Below, in pieces: positions 50,790 to 59,866 of a stretch of 64,000 bases of DNA. How positions within the stretch are numbered: the first letter of the stretch is position 1; each line of letters begins with the position of its first letter. Below the pieces are notes generated by a model that was given only the letters and a program-made list of their open reading frames with translations, was not told where the DNA came from and ran no database searches. The position numbers were made by a program, and so were the translations under genes. Source of the stretch: an uncultured Candidatus Rokubacteria bacterium (GTDB lineage Bacteria > Methylomirabilota > Methylomirabilia > Rokubacteriales > CSP1-6); the NCBI GenBank assembly GCA_963789955.1, contig CAWBMV010000034.1, positions 416,001 to 480,000 on the forward strand, read 5' to 3'.

Positions 50790-51752
50790 GACGCGGGCCG
50801 ACCAGCGTCCGGCAGCGCGAACACGGCGCCCGCCGCGATGCGCGCGCCGCGGAGATAGTCCGACCAGGACATCGCGCGCCGATTCTCGGGCTGGACCTCG
50901 ACCGGTTGCAGCCACCCGTTGGACGTGGCGATGGCGAGCTCGTCGCTTGCCGTGGTTGGACGCTCCAGGGTACCGGGCGCGTGCGTCCGGCCCGCGTCGA
51001 GCGCGGTCGCCCGCCAGATCGTGAGCGCGCCGGAGGGCCCGCGCGTGAGGCCGCCCGGCCACGGATTGCAGCCGCGGACGACGTCGACCAGCTCGCGTGC
51101 CGAGCGATTCCAGTCGAGATATCCGTCGGTCCGCTTGAGTCGTGGCGCCAGGGTCGCGTCCTCGTGGCGCTGTGGCCTCGGCGTCAGCGCGTCGAGCCGC
51201 GCGAGCGTGTCGATCAGGACCTCGGCGCCGAGCGCGGCGAGCCGGATGCCCAGGTCTCCAGCGGTTTCTTCGGGGCCGATCGGCGTCGACGCCGAGAGCA
51301 GCATCGGGCCCGTGTCCATGCCCGCGTCCATCTGGAACGTCGTGATCCCGGTCACGGTCTCGCCGCGCATGATCGCCCACTGGATCGGCGCGGCGCCGCG
51401 GTAGCGCGGCAGCAGCGAGCCGTGGACGTTGATCGAGCCGCGCCGGGGTGCGTCGAGCACGGCCTGCGGCAGGATCTGGCCGAACGCGGCGACGACCGCC
51501 ACGTCGGCGCCGAGCGCGCGCAGGCGTTCGGGCCACTCGGGATCGCGCAGGCGCGGCGGCTGCACGATCGGGAGCCCGGATTCCAGGGCGCGCGTCTTCA
51601 CCGGCGGCGGGGTCAGACGCTGTCCGCGATGGGCCGGACGGTCAGGCTGCGTGACGACCGCGACGACGTCATGGTGACGCAGGAGCGGCCTCGAGAGTGG
51701 GCAGCGCGAATGCGGGAGTTCCGTAGAAGAGAACCTTCAGGCGAGTCGTCAC
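50786..51752 (-). CDS. fmt: Methionyl-tRNA formyltransferase; frameshift near 51690
   Basis: 'VLFYGTPAFA', 'VVTQPDRP', 'NVHGSLLPRYRGAAPIQW' and 'MDAGMDTG'. Confidence 0.93.
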
Positions 51753-51896
51753 GACGACCCAAAGCTACCAACTCGTCACATCAGAGGGAAGCAGTTAGGC
51801 CCTAAGGACCATTTACACCGAGAAGGCAGCCTGCGAGGCTGCCGCGGACGGATCTCAAGCGCTGACGTACCGACGTCACGATACGGGGGAAAAGCC

Positions 51897-52996
51897 ATGA
51901 ACGAGGTGAACACGCTGCGCGCGGCTGGGACCTGACTCGGATCGTTCTCGGCGTGATGACCATCGCGACGTTGACGATCGCGAGCTTCTGGGTGCTCCGG
52001 CCGTTCCTGCTCGCGGGGATCTGGGCCACGATGATCGTGATCGCGACGTGGCCCATGCTGCGCGCCGCCCAGGCGAGCCTCTGGGGCAGTCGCGCTCTCG
52101 CGGTGACGGTGCATGACGCTCGTCATGGTTCTCATCATCGCCGCGCCGCTGACGACGACCGTCATCGGCATCGCCGACCGGACCGACGACGATCGTCGCG
52201 TGGTCCAAAGTCACTCACTCGATTCTCGGTGCCACCTCCACCCGATTGGGTGTCGCAGATTCCGCTGATCGGTCGGAAGATCGCGAAGGAGTGGGTCGTG
52301 TTCGCGGCGTTGCCCTCCGAGGATCTCTTGGCGCGCGCGGCCCCGTACCTGACGGCGATCGCGCGATGGGTGCTCGTCGCAGCTCGGGGCGATCGGGACG
52401 CTGCTGGTGCAGATCGTGCTCGCCGTGTCGATCTCGGCGATCCTGTACGCGAACGGAGAGACGGTCGCCGCCGGCGTCCTGGCCTTTACGCGTCGGCTGG
52501 CCGGACCAGGCAGGGCGAACGCGTCACGGTGCTCGCGGCCAGCGCCATTCGCGCGGTCGCCCTCGGCATCGTGCTCACCGCGCTGCTTCAGGCCATCGTC
52601 GGCGGCATCGGCCTCGCTGATCGTCGGCGTTCCCTACGCGTTGCTCCTGACGTCGGTCATGTTCGTGCTCGGCATCGCTCAGATCGGCGCGCTGCCGGTG
52701 CTTCTGGGCGCCGTGATCTGGACCTACTGGAGCAGCGGGACGTTCTGGGGCACGGTGATGCTCGTGTGGTCGATCGGCACCGGGAGCATCGACAACATCC
52801 TGCGGCCGATCCTCATCAAGCGGGGCGCGAACCTGCCGTTCCTCCTGATCTTCGCGGGCGTGATCGGAGGCCTGCTGGCGTTCGGCCTCGTCGGCCTGTT
52901 CGTCGGCCCGGTGGTGCTCGCGGTTACCTACACCCTGCTCGAGGCGTGGGTGGCCCAGCGGGGCGGCGCCGACTCGGGAGCGGACGCGAACTTTAG
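51897..52996 (+). CDS. AI-2E family transporter (YdiK-like); several frameshifts; 3' end approximate
   Basis: 'WATMIVIATWP', 'PPPDWVSQIPLIG', 'IDNILRPILI..GANLP' and 'GLFVGPVVLA'. Confidence 0.82.
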
Positions 52997-53517
52997 AGCG
53001 CGAAGGCGTGGCGGGAAGCGTCCTCGCGGAGACCTTCCTTCTTGATCTTCCGCTTGATGCGGTCGCGCAGCATCGGCTCGACCCGGTCGATGAAGAGCAC
53101 GCCGTCGAGATGGTCGATCTCGTGTTGCAGGACTCGCGCGCGCAGCCCACGAGCGTTGATCGCCAGGGGCTTGCCGTCGACCGAGCGCGCCTCGACCTTG
53201 ACCCACGCGGCGCGCGTGACGGGCGCGAAGACGCCCGGGATCGAGAGGCAGCCTTCTTCTCCCGTCACTTCGCCGCCGCGGTCGACGATCGTCGGGTTCA
53301 GGAGCGCCTGCACGCCACGGCCCTCCTCGTCGGCGATGACGATGAGCCGCTTCGAGATGCCCACCTGCGGCGCCGCGAGGCCGATCCCGACCTCGTCGTA
53401 CATCGTCTCGATCATGTCCGCGATGATCAGACGGACCTCGGGTGTCACTTCGCCGACGGGCTCGGCGCTGCGCCGGAGCGCGGGATCGCCGTATTTTCTG
53501 ACTTTCAGAACGGCCAT
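52993..53517 (-). CDS. def: Peptide deformylase
   Basis: 'GIGLAAPQVG', 'EGCLSIP' and 'QHEIDHLDG'. Confidence 0.97.
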   Translation of the reverse strand: MAVLKVRKYGDPALRRSAEPVGEVTPEVRLIIADMIETMYDEVGIGLAAPQVGISKRLIVIADEEGRGVQALLNPTIVDRGGEVTGEEGCLSIPGVFAPVTRAAWVKVEARSVDGKPLAINARGLRARVLQHEIDHLDGVLFIDRVEPMLRDRIKRKIKKEGLREDASRHAFAL

Positions 53518-55322
53518 TCGACCGGATCGACCTCCACATCAATAATACCGCGACCGGCGCTCGGTGATTTGATGTCCCGGAGCGCCTCGTCGAGCAGGCG
53601 CGGCAAGTCGCCGTCGCCCTTGACGACGATCCGTCGCGTGCGGTCGGTTCGATCAGGGACCGGCGGATAGACCGTGAGCCTCTTGATTCCCCGCAGCGCC
53701 GCGCCGACGGCTTCCGCCAGCCCGCGCGTCTGATCCGGCTGACCGCCGCGCGTGGTGACGACCGCGAGGCGACGGAAGGGCGGGTAGCCGAGCTCGGCGC
53801 GGAACTTCAGCTCCTGGCGGTAGAACTCGCCGAGGTTCTGCCGCGCGACGGCCTCGAACGCATAGTGGCCGGGGTTCTGCGACTGGATGATCACGGCGCC
53901 GTCGGCCGCGACCCGCTCCGCCGCGGCCCATGCGAGCGCGAGCGTGCGCTCGCCGGCGCGGAAATCGGGCGCGCGCAGGAGCTGGTCCGGCGCCACGAAC
54001 GCGGCCAGCCCGAGCGCGGCCGGCCCGAAGAGCCGGAGCGCGCCGCGCGTGCCGATCACGACGTCGGCGGCGGCCGCGGCCGCGCGCTGCGCTTCGCCCT
54101 TGGCCCCGCGCGCCGACTCGGGATCCCAGCGCGCGATGCGTGTGTCGGGGAAGCGGCGGCGTACGGCGTGCTCCACGCGCTCGGCGCCCCAGCCGAACGG
54201 CGTGAGCCGCCGACCCCGGCACGCCGCGCAGGTATCGGGCAGCGGGTGCGACGCGCCGCAGACGCGGCACACCAGCCGGGCCGCGGCGCGCGAGTAGGCG
54301 AACGCGATCGCGCACTCCGCGCAGCGGACGACCGCCCCGCACTCGTCGCACGCGAGCGACGACGTGAGCCGGCTGACCACGAGGAAGACGCGTCGCTTCG
54401 CCGCCAGGGTTTCGCGAATCGCCCGCGAGAGCGGCGGGGTGAGCGGCTCGCGCCTGAGAATGCCGCGCGTGTCCGCGATGCTGACGGCCGGCCACGGCCC
54501 CGGCTCCCGGGCCGGCATGTCGACGAGCCCGGACTCGGCGCGCCACCACGCCTCGGCGCTCGGGGTCGCCGCCGTGAGCAGAAGCGCCAGCGGCTCGCGC
54601 GCGGCGCGCTCGAGCGCGACGTCACGCGAGTGCATGCGCGGCGCGCCCGGCGGCTTGTGCGCCGCTTCGTGCTCGTCGATCAGAACCAGGATGGCGGACG
54701 GCGGGAGCGGAGCCAGCAGCGCCGATCGCGTGCCGGCAGCCAGACGCGCCGACCCGTCGCGGAGCGCGCCCCACGCCGCGGCGCGCTCCTCGTCGGGTAC
54801 ACCCGAATCGAGCCTCACCACGCGATCGATCTTCGCCAGCCGCTGCGCCCAGCGTGCCGCGGTCTCGACGTCGGCGGCGATCACCAGCGCCGTCCGCCCG
54901 GCGGTCTCCAGACGCTCGAGCACTCGCTTCTCCCGGCCCGCGCCGATCAGGAGCTCGGGCTTGGGCGATGCGGGGCGGTCCGCGGCGGCGTGGCCGCGCG
55001 CCGCGGATCCCCCGACGTCGGTGATCACGGGCGGCGGCAAGAGGGCGGCGCAGGTCGAGCCGACGGACGAGAGACTCTGCGCCGCGATCCACCCGACGAG
55101 ATCGAGCTGCGCCTTGGACAGCACGGGCTCGGTGTCGACCAGCCGGGCGAGCGGCTTGAGCTCCGTGTCCGCGCCGTCGCGCACTGCCACGACCATCCCG
55201 ACCCGCGCGGCGCCGCGCAGGGGCGCCCGCGCGCGCTGACCGGGAACCAGCGCCCAGCCGTCGGGGATGCGATACGAGAACGAATGACGGACCGGAGCGT
55301 CGAAGGCGACGTCCGCGATCAT
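53505..55322 (-). CDS. priA: Primosomal protein N' (PriA) with degenerate helicase motifs
   Basis: 3'-binding N-terminus, 'GTRSALLAP', four CxxC pairs, 'GAERVE', 'PDFRAGER' and 'YPPF'; located upstream of def. Confidence 0.85.
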   Translation of the reverse strand: MIADVAFDAPVRHSFSYRIPDGWALVPGQRARAPLRGAARVGMVVAVRDGADTELKPLARLVDTEPVLSKAQLDLVGWIAAQSLSSVGSTCAALLPPPVITDVGGSAARGHAAADRPASPKPELLIGAGREKRVLERLETAGRTALVIAADVETAARWAQRLAKIDRVVRLDSGVPDEERAAAWGALRDGSARLAAGTRSALLAPLPPSAILVLIDEHEAAHKPPGAPRMHSRDVALERAAREPLALLLTAATPSAEAWWRAESGLVDMPAREPGPWPAVSIADTRGILRREPLTPPLSRAIRETLAAKRRVFLVVSRLTSSLACDECGAVVRCAECAIAFAYSRAAARLVCRVCGASHPLPDTCAACRGRRLTPFGWGAERVEHAVRRRFPDTRIARWDPESARGAKGEAQRAAAAAADVVIGTRGALRLFGPAALGLAAFVAPDQLLRAPDFRAGERTLALAWAAAERVAADGAVIIQSQNPGHYAFEAVARQNLGEFYRQELKFRAELGYPPFRRLAVVTTRGGQPDQTRGLAEAVGAALRGIKRLTVYPPVPDRTDRTRRIVVKGDGDLPRLLDEALRDIKSPSAGRGIIDVEVDPVEWPF

Positions 55323-55434
55323 TTATCTGAGCCTGAGGCCGGTGCTACCGAGGGTGGCCTGATATAGATGCGAGCCGGCTCCGTACTTGCGGACAACCCG
55401 TGCGGTGGCGTCCACGGTGGCGTCCGACCGGCCG

Positions 55435-56133
55435 TCATCGAGTCTTGCGGCGGTCGTACTCCCGTCGGGCGAGCTGGAGGTCCTCCCACGCCATGCGCTT
55501 GTACTCCTCGCCGGGATTGCGCAGGAGGAAGGCCGGGTGGAAGGTCGGGATCAACACCGCGGAGCCGTATGGATGCACGCGGCCGCGCAGCTTGCCGATC
55601 GGCTCGCGCGTGCCGAGGAGACTCTGGGTCGCGACGCTGCCGAGCGCCAGAACCACCTTGGGCTGGAGCACCGCGAGCTTGGCGGCCAGGAACGGCGCGC
55701 ACGCGGCGAGCTCGTCGGCCTCGGGATTCCGGTTGCCGGGCGGCCGGCACATCACCGCGTTGCAGATGTAGACCTCGTCGCGCGAGAGCTCGACCTTGCG
55801 GGCTTCGAGCATCTTCGTCAGGAGCTGCCCGGCGCGCCCGACGAAGGGCAGCCCCTGCGCGTCTTCGTCCGCGCCCGGGCCTTCGCCGATGACGACGAGC
55901 TCCGCGCGCGGATTGCCGGAGCCGAACACGACCGTCGAGCGCGCCTCGCAGAGCTTGCACTTGCGGCAACCCTGGACGGCTTGCTCCTGGGCGCGCAGCG
56001 CTTCGGCGGGGCCGAGCAGATAGTCGCCGCCGACCGGAAGGTCCGTGAACCCGAGATCGCGATGATGGCGGAGCGTCTCGCCGAGCGCCCCGAGCGCGTC
56101 GGCGAGCAGGGCGCGCGGATCGCCGGTCGCCAT
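55435..56133 (-). CDS. Uracil-DNA glycosylase family 4 ([4Fe-4S])
   Basis: 'CRKCKLC', 'GEGPGADED..G.PFVGRAG', 'CRPPGNRNP' and 'TFHPAFLLR'. Confidence 0.92.
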   Translation of the reverse strand: MATGDPRALLADALGALGETLRHHRDLGFTDLPVGGDYLLGPAEALRAQEQAVQGCRKCKLCEARSTVVFGSGNPRAELVVIGEGPGADEDAQGLPFVGRAGQLLTKMLEARKVELSRDEVYICNAVMCRPPGNRNPEADELAACAPFLAAKLAVLQPKVVLALGSVATQSLLGTREPIGKLRGRVHPYGSAVLIPTFHPAFLLRNPGEEYKRMAWEDLQLARREYDRRKTR

Positions 56134-56138
56134 ACCGG

Positions 56139-57359
56139 CTAGGCGGGCGTCTTTCGCGTGACGGCGGCGGTGCGGAGTGAGAGCACGTGCGAGAGGATCG
56201 CGTCGGCGACGTCGGACTTCGGCATCCGCGGCAACGGGCGCACGCCGCCCCAGCGGTCGAGCAGGAGCACCTCGTTGTCCTCCGCCTCGAAGCCGATGCC
56301 CTGCTGGCTCACGTCGTTCGCCACCAGGAGGTCGATCCCCTTGCGTTCGAGCTTGGCGCGCGCGTTCTCGGCGACGTCGTTGGTCTCGGCGGCGAAGCCG
56401 ACGACGAAGGCGTTCGGCCGCCGGGCCGCTACCTCCGCGAGGATATCCGGGTTCGGCGTCAGCTCGAGCGTGAGATCGCGCTTGCCCTTGATCTTCGTGC
56501 TCGAGGCCTGCTTGGCGCGATAGTCGGCGACCGCCGCGGCCTTGATGACGATCGTCGCGCGCTCGAGGTGGTGGAGCACCGCTTCGCGCATCTCCTCGGC
56601 GGTCTGCACCGGGACGAACACCGCGCCGGGCGGCGGCGTCAGCGCGGTGGGGCCGGACACCAGGGTCACCTCGGCCCCGCGTCGGAGCGCGGCCGTCGCC
56701 AGCCCGTAGCCCATTTTCCCCGACGAGCGGTTCGAGATGTAGCGGACCGGGTCGATCGGCTCGCGCGTCGGACCGGCGGTGACGAGCAGGCGCTCACCGG
56801 TCAGGTCGCGCGTCGGCACCAGGAGCCGCCGCAGCGCCTCGACGATCTCGTCGATCTCGGGGAACCGGCCCTTGCCGCGGAGCCCCGAGGCGAGCGCGCC
56901 GGTGTCGGGCTCGAGCACGGCGACGCCGCGGCGGCGCAAGGTCGCGACGTTGGCGGTGACCGCCGCGTGGTCCCACATGCCGCCGTCCATCGCCGGCACC
57001 ATCAGGACGGGCGCCCGCGCCGCGAGCAGGAGCGTCGTCAGGAAGTCGTCGGCGATGCCGTGCGCAGCTTTCGCGAGCAGGTTGGCGGTGGCCGGCGCGA
57101 CGACGACGGCGTCGGCGCGCTCGGCGAGCGCGACGTGCTCGACGGCGTCGTCGCTCTGCGGATCGAAGAGGCTCGAGAGCACGGGGCGCCCGGACAGAGT
57201 CCGGAACGTGAGCGGGCCCACGAACTCCCGCGCGTGCTCGGAGAGGCAGACCGTGACCGAGGCGCCGAGCCGGGTCAGCTCGCGCAGCAGGTAGACCGCC
57301 TTGTACGCGGCGATCGACCCCGTGACGCCCAGGATCAGCTCACGGCCGGCGAGACTCAT
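56139..57359 (-). CDS. coaBC: Bifunctional phosphopantothenoylcysteine decarboxylase/synthase
   Basis: 'GVTGSIAAYKA', 'APATAN', 'TAGPTREPIDPVRYISNRSSGKMG' and 'GFAAET'. Confidence 0.96.
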   Translation of the reverse strand: MSLAGRELILGVTGSIAAYKAVYLLRELTRLGASVTVCLSEHAREFVGPLTFRTLSGRPVLSSLFDPQSDDAVEHVALAERADAVVVAPATANLLAKAAHGIADDFLTTLLLAARAPVLMVPAMDGGMWDHAAVTANVATLRRRGVAVLEPDTGALASGLRGKGRFPEIDEIVEALRRLLVPTRDLTGERLLVTAGPTREPIDPVRYISNRSSGKMGYGLATAALRRGAEVTLVSGPTALTPPPGAVFVPVQTAEEMREAVLHHLERATIVIKAAAVADYRAKQASSTKIKGKRDLTLELTPNPDILAEVAARRPNAFVVGFAAETNDVAENARAKLERKGIDLLVANDVSQQGIGFEAEDNEVLLLDRWGGVRPLPRMPKSDVADAILSHVLSLRTAAVTRKTPA

Positions 57360-57366
57360 GTCCGGC

Positions 57367-57582
57367 TCAGGCCTTGGGCGTGTCGCCCTCTTCCTTCACC
57401 CGGTATTCGACCTTGGCCGCCGCGATCTCCTCCAGCGCGCCGCTCGTGGGCTTCTTGTGCCGGCTTTCGACGCGCGCCGCGGCGCCGCGGTTGAGCTGAC
57501 GCGACCGCTTCGCGGCCAGCACGACGAGCAGATACCGGTTCGAGACTTTGTTCAGGGCACTTTCGAGCGAGGGGAATGCCAT
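57367..57582 (-). CDS. rpoZ: RNA polymerase omega subunit
   Basis: 'NRYLLVVLAAKRSRQL' and 'KPTSGALEEI'; lies between gmk and coaBC. Confidence 0.93.
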   Translation of the reverse strand: MAFPSLESALNKVSNRYLLVVLAAKRSRQLNRGAAARVESRHKKPTSGALEEIAAAKVEYRVKEEGDTPKA

Positions 57583-58196
57583 CAATTTTGTACCTCCAGG
57601 TCGCGCAGGGTGAGGTCGATGCGCGCCGTCCGGCAGCGCTCGGCCATGATGATCGACTCGAGCTGGTCCAGGGCCTCTTTCACGTCACGGTTCACGATCA
57701 AGTAGTCGTAGCGCCGCCACAGCGCGATCTCCTCGCGCGCGCGCACCAGCCGCCGCTCGATCTCCACTTCGGCGTCGGAGCGCCGTTCGCGCAGGCGATG
57801 CTCCAGGTCCTTCACCGACGGCGCCAGGATGAAGATCAGCACCGCATCCGGATAGCGCTCCCGCAGCTGCGCGGCGCCCTGCGTGTCGATGTCCAGCAGC
57901 ACGTCGCGCCCGACGGCCAGGGCGTCCTCGAGCGAGCGCGCGCGCGTCCCGTAGAGGTTGCCGTGCACGGTCGCCCACTCCGCGAGCTCGCGGCGGTCGA
58001 GCATCGCGCGAAACTCGTCGACGCCGACGAAGCGGAAATCGATCCCGTCCATCTCGCCCGGGCGCGGCGGCCGCGTCGTCACCGAGACCGAGTACGCCAG
58101 ATCGGGGACCCGCAGCCGGATCTCGCGGCACAGCGTCGTCTTGCCGGCGCCCGACGGCGCCGAGACGACGAACAGCGTGCCGCGACGTCTAATCAC
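57582..58196 (-). CDS. gmk: Guanylate kinase
   Basis: 'SAPSGAGKTT', 'TTRPPRPGE', 'VHGNLYGT' and 'DIDTQG'. Confidence 0.96.
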   Translation of the reverse strand: MIRRRGTLFVVSAPSGAGKTTLCREIRLRVPDLAYSVSVTTRPPRPGEMDGIDFRFVGVDEFRAMLDRRELAEWATVHGNLYGTRARSLEDALAVGRDVLLDIDTQGAAQLRERYPDAVLIFILAPSVKDLEHRLRERRSDAEVEIERRLVRAREEIALWRRYDYLIVNRDVKEALDQLESIIMAERCRTARIDLTLRDLEVQN

Positions 58197-58446
58197 CCGG
58201 CGTGCCTCGGTCCGTGACGAGGCGCTGGGCGAGCGTGGCCGGCTCGAGCGACGAGAGGATCAGATGATCGCTCCCGGTCACGATGACCGCCCGCGTGCGA
58301 CGCCCGTTGGTGGCGTCGACCAGCTTGGTGCTGCCCTTGGCGCTCTCGATGAGCCGTTTCACCGGCAAGGAATCCAGCGCGACGATCGCCACGATCTGAT
58401 CGGCGACGACGACGTTGCCATGCCCCACGTTCACCAGCTGCGTCAC
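58189..58446 (-). CDS. DUF370/RemA family protein
   Basis: 'LVNVGHGNVV', 'LVDATNGRRTRAVIVTGSDHLILS'; canonical yicC-DUF370-gmk synteny. Confidence 0.9.
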   Translation of the reverse strand: MTQLVNVGHGNVVVADQIVAIVALDSLPVKRLIESAKGSTKLVDATNGRRTRAVIVTGSDHLILSSLEPATLAQRLVTDRGTPGD

Positions 58447-58471
58447 CGACCGACTCCCGCCGTTCGCCCGG

Positions 58472-59344
58472 CTACTCAAGGTTCTGCGCCTGCTCGCGCA
58501 TCTTTTCGATGATCCCCTTGGCGGCGAGCGCCGACTGGCTCAGCTCGAGATCGTCCGCCTTCGAGGCGATGGTGTTGACCTCGCGATTCAGCTCCTGGAT
58601 CAGGAAGTCGAGCGGCCGGCCCACGGAGCCGCCACGGTCGAGGAGCGCCGCGAGCTGTTCGAGGTGCGCGGCGAGCCGCGTCAGCTCTTCCCGGACGTCC
58701 GTCTTCTCGGCCCAGATCGCCACCTCGGTGAGGATGCGCCCCTCGTCGACCACGACGTCGCCGAGCAGGGCGCCGATGCGCTCGCGCAGCCGCTCCTGAT
58801 ACCGCGCCAGCGCCGCCGGCGTGCGCGCCGCGATCATGTCCACCTGCGCCCGCAGCGCGGCGTGCTGCGCGGAGAGCTCGGCGCCGAGCGCATCGCCTTC
58901 GGTCGCGCGACAGGCCACCAGCTCGTCGAGAGCGCGCCCCAGCACCTCCGCGACCGGCGGCCACGTGAGCGCGCTCGCGGACGTCTCGGACTCTTCGGTG
59001 CGCACGACACCCGGGCGCTCGAGCACCCACGTGAGCGAGACGTCCTCGGCCAGCCCGGCCGCGCGGCCAAGTGCCCGCGCCTGCTCGACGTACTGGGCGG
59101 CGAGCGCCGCGTCGACCCGGATCTGCTGCGTGGATTGCCCCGGCGCCGGCCCGACCTGCACGGCGACGTCGATCCGTCCACGCTCGAGACGCGACTGGAT
59201 CAGCCGGCGCGCATCCATCTCGAACACGCTGAGCGTCCGCGGAAGGCGCAGCGCGATGTCGAGGTGCCGATGGTTGACCGAGCGTGCTTCGACGGTCACG
59301 GCGAATCCGTCGGTGAGGGCCTCGGCCCGGCCGAATCCCGTCAT
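58472..59344 (-). CDS. yicC: YicC/YloC family endoribonuclease (true start may be the ATG at 59387, with an indel)
   Basis: 'SMTGFGR', 'SVNHRHLD', 'GRPLDFLIQELNREVNTIASK' and 'EKMREQAQNLE'. Confidence 0.93.
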   Translation of the reverse strand: MTGFGRAEALTDGFAVTVEARSVNHRHLDIALRLPRTLSVFEMDARRLIQSRLERGRIDVAVQVGPAPGQSTQQIRVDAALAAQYVEQARALGRAAGLAEDVSLTWVLERPGVVRTEESETSASALTWPPVAEVLGRALDELVACRATEGDALGAELSAQHAALRAQVDMIAARTPAALARYQERLRERIGALLGDVVVDEGRILTEVAIWAEKTDVREELTRLAAHLEQLAALLDRGGSVGRPLDFLIQELNREVNTIASKADDLELSQSALAAKGIIEKMREQAQNLE

Positions 59345-59393
59345 GCTGCGAAGAGACGGGTTCGTCGGAGAGCCGGGTGGGTGGCATCCAGTG

Positions 59394-59462
59394 ATGATAG
59401 GGCGAAATTGCCTGTAGTGTCAATACGTTGCGGTTGACAGGCGCTGAGCCGGCGGATAGACT
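59394..59462. promoter_or_regulatory. Back-to-back divergent sigma70 promoters
   Basis: Minus strand: TTGACA (59423-59418), 18 nt, TATCAT (59399-59394). Plus strand: TTGACA (59434-59439), 17 nt, TAGACT (59457-59462). Confidence 0.7.
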
Positions 59463-59490
59463 CGCCCGCGGACGAATCCCCCGCACGCGC

Positions 59491-59853
59491 ATGAGCCGCT
59501 GGGCCCTCGCGACCTTGGTGGTGCTCTTCCTGCTCGGAGCCGGGGCGGTCGCGCTCGCTCGGCTGTTCGGCAAGTCAGGCTCTCGCGCCTCGATCGGCGT
59601 TTCCATCATCGCTCACTGGCTCGGTGCGTATGTCCTCTGGAGCTTCGCGGCCGGCCTGGCCGTGACGGCCGGGCTCCTCACGACGTATCAATCGGCGGCG
59701 TTCGCCGCGATCTGTCTGCTCGGCGCCGTCTTCCAGTATCGCGCGCACCTGCAAGCCGGGCGCGATCGCGGGCTCGCGATCTTCGTGGGCGTGCAGCTGG
59801 CGTGGCTGGTCTTCGTGCTGTTCCAGAACGGCATGCTCACTGCCGGGTGGTGA
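59491..59853 (+). CDS. Hypothetical four-TM membrane protein
   Basis: Hydrophobic ORF downstream of a strong promoter and upstream of the kinase gene. Confidence 0.65.
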   Translation: MSRWALATLVVLFLLGAGAVALARLFGKSGSRASIGVSIIAHWLGAYVLWSFAAGLAVTAGLLTTYQSAAFAAICLLGAVFQYRAHLQAGRDRGLAIFVGVQLAWLVFVLFQNGMLTAGW

Positions 59854-59866
59854 TAGGCTCAGAAGG

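Noticed and set aside
55402..55426. CGGTGGCGTCC tandem repeat as a CRISPR or iteron
   Set aside because: Only two short adjacent copies, no spacers and no cas or rep genes.
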